A DNA stretch of 31,990 bases, from positions 1-31,990 of the forward strand of contig CAYYQL010000032.1 of NCBI GenBank assembly GCA_964473825.1, written 5' to 3'. Under the pieces are notes generated by a model. That model was given only the letters and a program-made list of their open reading frames with translations, did no database searches and was not told the origin of the DNA. Below are positions 27,389-31,990 of this stretch, in pieces. Within the stretch, counting starts at the first letter, position 1. Every line of letters begins with the position of its first letter. This stretch comes from an uncultured archaeon. Its GTDB lineage: Archaea > Asgardarchaeota > Thorarchaeia > Thorarchaeales > Thorarchaeaceae. The position numbers were made by a program, and so were the translations under genes.

Positions 27389-27748
27389 TCACACACCTAA
27401 TGCCGCAGCCATGAGTCGGTAGAAGCGCATCGCAGATATTGGGTGGCGAATCATTCCTTCTATCGTGAGTCGCCCACTCAGGAGCGCTCGAAACGGTGTG
27501 ACCCTCCCAAGAGCAAGATCGGAAACGGTCTTGAACGAGGTCTTCACTCTCAGAGTCGGGTTCTCGGGGGACCCCTTGGTCACAGCCACTCCATCGTCTA
27601 TATTGATACTGATGGGGTAATAGTCGGTCGATATCTCTGCAGTCATGACCCAGGACTTCACCTCTTCAGCGATCTTTTCGTTGTCAAGTGCCCGCTGCAA
27701 GAGTGAGTAGAACACCGCGCCAACAAAGTCCTGAGGCATCTCGTTCAA
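27389..27748 (-). CDS. SCP2 sterol/lipid-binding domain-like protein
   Basis: 119 aa with I.I..DGVAV.KG..ENPTLRV and LALGRVTPFRALLSGRLTIEG, the SCP2-type C-terminal signature; first gene of a tightly packed three-gene operon. Confidence 0.75.
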   Translation of the reverse strand: MNEMPQDFVGAVFYSLLQRALDNEKIAEEVKSWVMTAEISTDYYPISINIDDGVAVTKGSPENPTLRVKTSFKTVSDLALGRVTPFRALLSGRLTIEGMIRHPISAMRFYRLMAAALGV

Positions 27749-28208
27749 TTCGCCATTCCTCTCGTGAGTTCGAGGACGTATTGTCGTGGCCCCTCTTGAA
27801 GTTGCTTGTCTACAAAGAGCTCACTGACAGAGAGCGAACTTACTCTGATAACAGAACCTCCCCCCATCTTCTTCAATATGTGGCCATTCTCATATTCATA
27901 ACCTTGTAAGCACCGAAAAGAGGTTTATGAGAATCCTGATTCGCCTATATGGCACTAAGATGCACACTTTTATAAGCCGCGGACAAGAAAGTAGTCTGAA
28001 AGTCAAGAATAACTTGTGCTCCGTGGAATGAATACCTACAGGAGCCACTTGGACCTGACCCGAGCTGTAGCGATTTGAATAGCCGACACATCCCGAATGA
28101 GGAATACGAATAGATGAAGCAGAGATTTCAACCACAAGATGAATTGCCATATAACAATGGAAAGACCAGACGAATTAGCAAAGCACTGATTTCGCGGAGT
28201 GATAGAAT

Positions 28209-28721
28209 TTGAAAGAGCAGCTCATCAGGATTGGCGGTTCTGAGAGCTGGGACAAGGACCTTCCGGCAATCGCTTTCGCATTCGATCGCTCCGGGACAGC
28301 ATTGACCATCGAACGATTCCCGAGCAAAGACTGTTATGTTCGAGCAGAGAGACCCCCACAAGGCTCGGTGGAGTTCGCCGTCTACGGATACAAATCGGAG
28401 CATCACAACATCAAGGTTCTGAGAGAAGTGGTGGAGAAGCAGTTCGATGATACAGAATACCAGACGTTGAGGTTTGGTAGAAAACTGACCCTAGAGATAG
28501 ATGGGGTTGACCGAAACGCGCTGATACTTAAGACAGGCAAGAACATCCAACAGCGGGACTGGGTTGCATCACTTGTCCCATCTCCGGACGGCGGACCCTA
28601 TGGCCTGCTCCTTCTATTCGGGATCTACAACAACTCTAATGCAGTTCCGAACAATCCTGATGCCATCATTACTGGCGATCTGAAGACGATTGCAGATAGT
28701 TTCAGGTTGGGTTCAGATTAG
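28209..28721 (+). CDS. Hypothetical protein (170 aa)
   Basis: TTG start preceded by GGAGTGA; protein-like alpha/beta composition; no recognised motif. Confidence 0.7.
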   Translation: MKEQLIRIGGSESWDKDLPAIAFAFDRSGTALTIERFPSKDCYVRAERPPQGSVEFAVYGYKSEHHNIKVLREVVEKQFDDTEYQTLRFGRKLTLEIDGVDRNALILKTGKNIQQRDWVASLVPSPDGGPYGLLLLFGIYNNSNAVPNNPDAIITGDLKTIADSFRLGSD

Positions 28722-28900
28722 ATGAGAAAAACACCTTCTTCATAGCGATGGTCTATTGAGGTCCGGCCGGATAGCGAAATCGACAGCGCTAATGATGCCA
28801 TCAAGAACATGCGAGGATTATTCCAGCTATAGTGCAAATACTCACACAATGTGATTCATATAGATTCTCTTCGTAATATATGAGTACTTGATGGATGTAG

Positions 28901-31873
28901 GTGGAATCTGTGTCATCTAGAGGATTGTTCCAAGGGAAGCCCAACGCTTTCATCGCCCCACTTGTGATAGCGATCATATTAGTTTCAGGGCTCTCTGGGG
29001 CACTGATAGGCAGCATGTTCAGAGATAGTGGACGTAACGATGAAACCCCTGCCGATCCAACAGATGATACCGTCTATGAGCCCAGAGATGTTGAGTTTCA
29101 ATGGCGCCCCTTTGCGGAGTATCAAGAATATGATGTGAACTTTACGCTCAATGCACCACAGTACTCTCTTGAACAGAACCTGTCCAATGTCATCAATCTT
29201 CAGTCCTTCTCGTTCCTCTCGGATTATGCAAGAAATGCCATTGCTGATCACTATTTCGTAGCCATACCATCAGACAGCACGTTGTTCTCGAACATCTATC
29301 GGCAGAACTACGACTACGAATGGCCATCTTTTGTGACTTCAGACTCTGTCTTGCATGCATACCATGTACTCTTCGATCTGGCTCTCCGAAGAATTGAGGA
29401 AACCCACTTCATGAATCGTATAGGAAACCTCTCACGACACATGGTTGAAACCTCGCTCGGTCAATACATGCGTCTGTCAGATCCTAGGTGGAAGGATTAT
29501 GCTAAGAAGAACACTGCATTCTTCTCAACAGCTGCAAAACTGCATGACCCGAATTGGACCTGTCCCGACCTAGTTGAGGATTGGGTTGATGCTGTCCTCA
29601 GTCTGATAGACAATGCAGCAGGATTCAGCAAAGATTGGTTCATGAATCAAAGAGTGGATTTCACACAGTTCATCCCACGAGGGCACTACACTGAGTCTGA
29701 TTCATCCAAACGGTTCTTCAGAATCATGATATGGCTTGCCAGAGTGGCATTTAGACTAGAACCAGATGATGTTTGGTTGAGCGAACATGATAACAGAGAG
29801 AAGGGAAGAAACGAAACTGCTCAGGCTATTCTCATGTGCCGTGCCTTCCAAATGCCCAGCTCATTCTTCATTGACTTAACCTCTCCACTGCGGCTCTGGC
29901 AGGAGATTTACGACACAACATCTTTCTTCGTCAGCACCAGTGATGACCTTACACCTGATGAGTACATCTCAATCATAGATGAGGTATATGATGACCCACG
30001 CAATCTGACTGAACTGTGCGATAGCACACGCCTTGGGACTTTTATTGCAACGGCAAAAGAAGCTGAGGGTCCACGAATCATCTCAGGATTCGTGTGGGAT
30101 TATCAGAGCATCAATGTCACCAAGGGAATGCGTTTCATGGGCCAGAGGTTCATCCCAGACTCCTACATGTTCAGCGAACTGACCCATATGCAAGTGCCTT
30201 GGAGATTGATGCCGAAGGCGCTTGACATCATGGCTGTGCTTGGCTCGGACCGCGCGTGGGAGCATCTTGATGACCAAAAGGAGTATCTGAACTATTCAGA
30301 ACAGATCGATACGCTGAAGGAGCAATACGGCAATCTGAGTCAGGATGAATGGACGCAGAGCCTCTATTGGGCATGGCTCTACTCTTTCAAATCACTACTG
30401 GAGAATCCGGAGGAAGGCAATCCATCATTCATGCTTAGTGAGCCTTGGCTAGACAAGCAGCTCACTACCAGCCTTGGAACATGGACAGAACTGAGACATG
30501 ATAGCATTCTCTATGCTAAGCAGTCCTATACTCAATACTTTCTCGAGGTGGTTCCGCCTCCCGGATATGTTGAACCAGTTCCCAAACTCTATGCTCGCCT
30601 TGCGTCTTTATGTAGGATGATGCTCGACGGACTGAGTGCTCGAGGAATCATTGTCGAGGACATCACAGATAGATTAGTTTCACTGCACGACCTGCTCAGG
30701 CAGCTTCAGACTATTTCGGAGAAGCAGCTCTCTGCCATCCCCTTGGACGCTACAGAGTGGTACCTGCTCGAACATATCGGGAGAGAGCTTTCCTACATAG
30801 AGGGTACCTATCATGATGGCGGACGAGCCGCCCTAGTCGCGGATGTTCATACAGACCCAGTAAACGGGCTTGTGTTACATGAGGCCACTGGTAATCCCAT
30901 GGTGATTTTTGTCGCTGTACCTACTGAGGAGGGGGAGGTATTTCTTGCCAGAGGTGCGATGTACTCGCATTATGAGTTCACGTTACCCATGAGCGAACGG
31001 CTGACAAACGAAGATTGGTGGGCCATGTTAGAGTCAGATGAAGCACCCCAGATGGCTGAATGGATGGGTTCGTTCGTCTTGGGAATGGGTGATTCTCCTA
31101 TGCAGTTCTCTTCGGAGCAAGTGTTGAATCTTGTCGAAATTGGCCAAGATGCCTCATCACAGCCACAAGCCCCTTCTCTGCTGCTCCTAACGAATGCGGC
31201 CCTGCTAGGAATACGGAGAGAGCACGAATTGTTGTATTTGTGCTCAGCTAGCATGTGTGGAGAATGCACATCTGCAGCAATATACCACGAGAGGATCCAT
31301 ACGGGAGGCTACGATTCACGAATGAGAGAGCTTGGAAGTGATTTCTTTGCACGACCCACCGATATCGTTGCGCGAGATCTACTGGGCAAGATTCTGTCCA
31401 AGGACGGTCTCAGCGGAAGGATTGTGGAAACCGAGGCGTATATGGACGAACCCGGATCTCATGCTCATATGGGGAACAAGACACCACGCAACGAGGTCAT
31501 GTTCGGGCCGCCCGGTCACATCTATGTATACTTCATCTATGGGATGCACTACATGCTCAACTTCGTGTGCGAGGAAGAGGGAACGCCCGGCGCAGTTCTC
31601 ATCCGAGCAGTAGAACCACTTGGGGGGAAGGATAAGATGGTCGAGAATCGAGGGAAAAGCGAGAACCTCACAAATGGCCCGGCGCGAGTCACGCAAGCCT
31701 TCGGGATTAATGCCAGTCACAACGGTCAAGAGATAGGCGAGAAGATCAAGGTCTTTGACATAGGAGAGAAACCCAAGAATATCCACACGACAACACGAGT
31801 GGGGCTATCAGAGGGTGAGGGTCTGCTCCTGCGATACTGCATTCAGGGGAATGACTGGGTGAGCAGGAAATAG
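28901..31873 (+). CDS. DUF3160-like membrane-anchored protein; the ORF continues in frame into a 3-methyladenine DNA glycosylase
   Basis: N-terminal TM; FVTSDSVLHAYHVLFD, DFTQFIPRGHYT, RFMGQRFIPDS, WTELRHDSILYAKQSY, GYVEP, ALVADVHTDP, G.MYSHYEF and RLTNEDW. The domain ends near 31075, and there is no stop until 31873. Confidence 0.8.
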   Translation: MESVSSRGLFQGKPNAFIAPLVIAIILVSGLSGALIGSMFRDSGRNDETPADPTDDTVYEPRDVEFQWRPFAEYQEYDVNFTLNAPQYSLEQNLSNVINLQSFSFLSDYARNAIADHYFVAIPSDSTLFSNIYRQNYDYEWPSFVTSDSVLHAYHVLFDLALRRIEETHFMNRIGNLSRHMVETSLGQYMRLSDPRWKDYAKKNTAFFSTAAKLHDPNWTCPDLVEDWVDAVLSLIDNAAGFSKDWFMNQRVDFTQFIPRGHYTESDSSKRFFRIMIWLARVAFRLEPDDVWLSEHDNREKGRNETAQAILMCRAFQMPSSFFIDLTSPLRLWQEIYDTTSFFVSTSDDLTPDEYISIIDEVYDDPRNLTELCDSTRLGTFIATAKEAEGPRIISGFVWDYQSINVTKGMRFMGQRFIPDSYMFSELTHMQVPWRLMPKALDIMAVLGSDRAWEHLDDQKEYLNYSEQIDTLKEQYGNLSQDEWTQSLYWAWLYSFKSLLENPEEGNPSFMLSEPWLDKQLTTSLGTWTELRHDSILYAKQSYTQYFLEVVPPPGYVEPVPKLYARLASLCRMMLDGLSARGIIVEDITDRLVSLHDLLRQLQTISEKQLSAIPLDATEWYLLEHIGRELSYIEGTYHDGGRAALVADVHTDPVNGLVLHEATGNPMVIFVAVPTEEGEVFLARGAMYSHYEFTLPMSERLTNEDWWAMLESDEAPQMAEWMGSFVLGMGDSPMQFSSEQVLNLVEIGQDASSQPQAPSLLLLTNAALLGIRREHELLYLCSASMCGECTSAAIYHERIHTGGYDSRMRELGSDFFARPTDIVARDLLGKILSKDGLSGRIVETEAYMDEPGSHAHMGNKTPRNEVMFGPPGHIYVYFIYGMHYMLNFVCEEEGTPGAVLIRAVEPLGGKDKMVENRGKSENLTNGPARVTQAFGINASHNGQEIGEKIKVFDIGEKPKNIHTTTRVGLSEGEGLLLRYCIQGNDWVSRK
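31322..31873 (+). CDS. mpg: 3-methyladenine DNA glycosylase (MPG/AAG family), probably translated from its own ATG
   Basis: FFARP..IVARDLLGK, GRIVETEAY, MFGPPGHIYVYFIYGMHY, AVLIRAVEP, LTNGP and TTRVG. ATG 31322 has GGGAGG at 31303-31308 and AATATA at 31279-31284 upstream. Confidence 0.9.
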   Translation: MRELGSDFFARPTDIVARDLLGKILSKDGLSGRIVETEAYMDEPGSHAHMGNKTPRNEVMFGPPGHIYVYFIYGMHYMLNFVCEEEGTPGAVLIRAVEPLGGKDKMVENRGKSENLTNGPARVTQAFGINASHNGQEIGEKIKVFDIGEKPKNIHTTTRVGLSEGEGLLLRYCIQGNDWVSRK

Positions 31874-31990
31874 GCTGACTGAATCAACGGGAAGATATAT
31901 CCGATAGCAACAATAGCGCACGGCAACACGATGATTCGGGAAACGGTCTACTCAGCATGTGCTTTGAACTGCCCAGACATATGTGCGTTC

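Noticed and set aside
27896-28406. Minus-strand ORFs 27896-28150 and 28128-28406
   Set aside because: No RBS or recognisable motifs; the second is antisense to the better-supported 28209-28721 gene.
28742-28803. Fluoride-riboswitch-like words (GCGATGGT ... GCTAATGATGCC)
   Set aside because: The P1 stem and conserved AAAC segment do not fit, it lies upstream of the next gene's TATA-like box, and the downstream gene is not fluoride-related.
31874-31990. Possible gene end at the right edge
   Set aside because: Too short to choose a frame; a hydrophobic minus-strand stretch is preceded by an in-frame stop.

Overview
Archaeal chromosomal window. The archaeal-type ThrRS, GGTG/GGAGG-type RBSs, TATA-like boxes and frequent GTG/TTG starts support this. 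The style of the surface proteins and solute-binding protein suggests an Asgard archaeon, probably Thorarchaeota-like (inference, not a database result). About 24 genes are present; no rRNA, tRNA, CRISPR array or transposase was seen. Housekeeping and metabolic genes: thrS, a lysine-6/saccharopine dehydrogenase-family enzyme, a tetraether lipid synthase (Tes/GDGT-MAS) radical SAM, a flavoprotein disulfide reductase, UvsE, cupin, creatininase, pirin, an extended SDR, an Fe-S protein plus ferredoxin pair, and an SCP2 / FAD-oxidase / CCG-Fe-S operon. Surface or secreted proteins: three beta-helix (NosD-like) paralogs (one runs off the left edge and is absent from the ORF track; one has 69-bp tandem repeats), an orphan family-5 ABC substrate-binding protein divergent from a membrane-anchored caspase-fold peptidase, and a DUF3160-like protein whose frame runs without a stop into a 3-methyladenine DNA glycosylase. 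There is also a HEPN-MNT toxin-antitoxin-like pair and a decayed ABC-ATPase remnant. No novel system is demonstrated. The best candidates are the SCP2-FAD-CCG operon, the modular surface-protein family, the peptidase/SBP pair and the DUF3160-MPG read-through.
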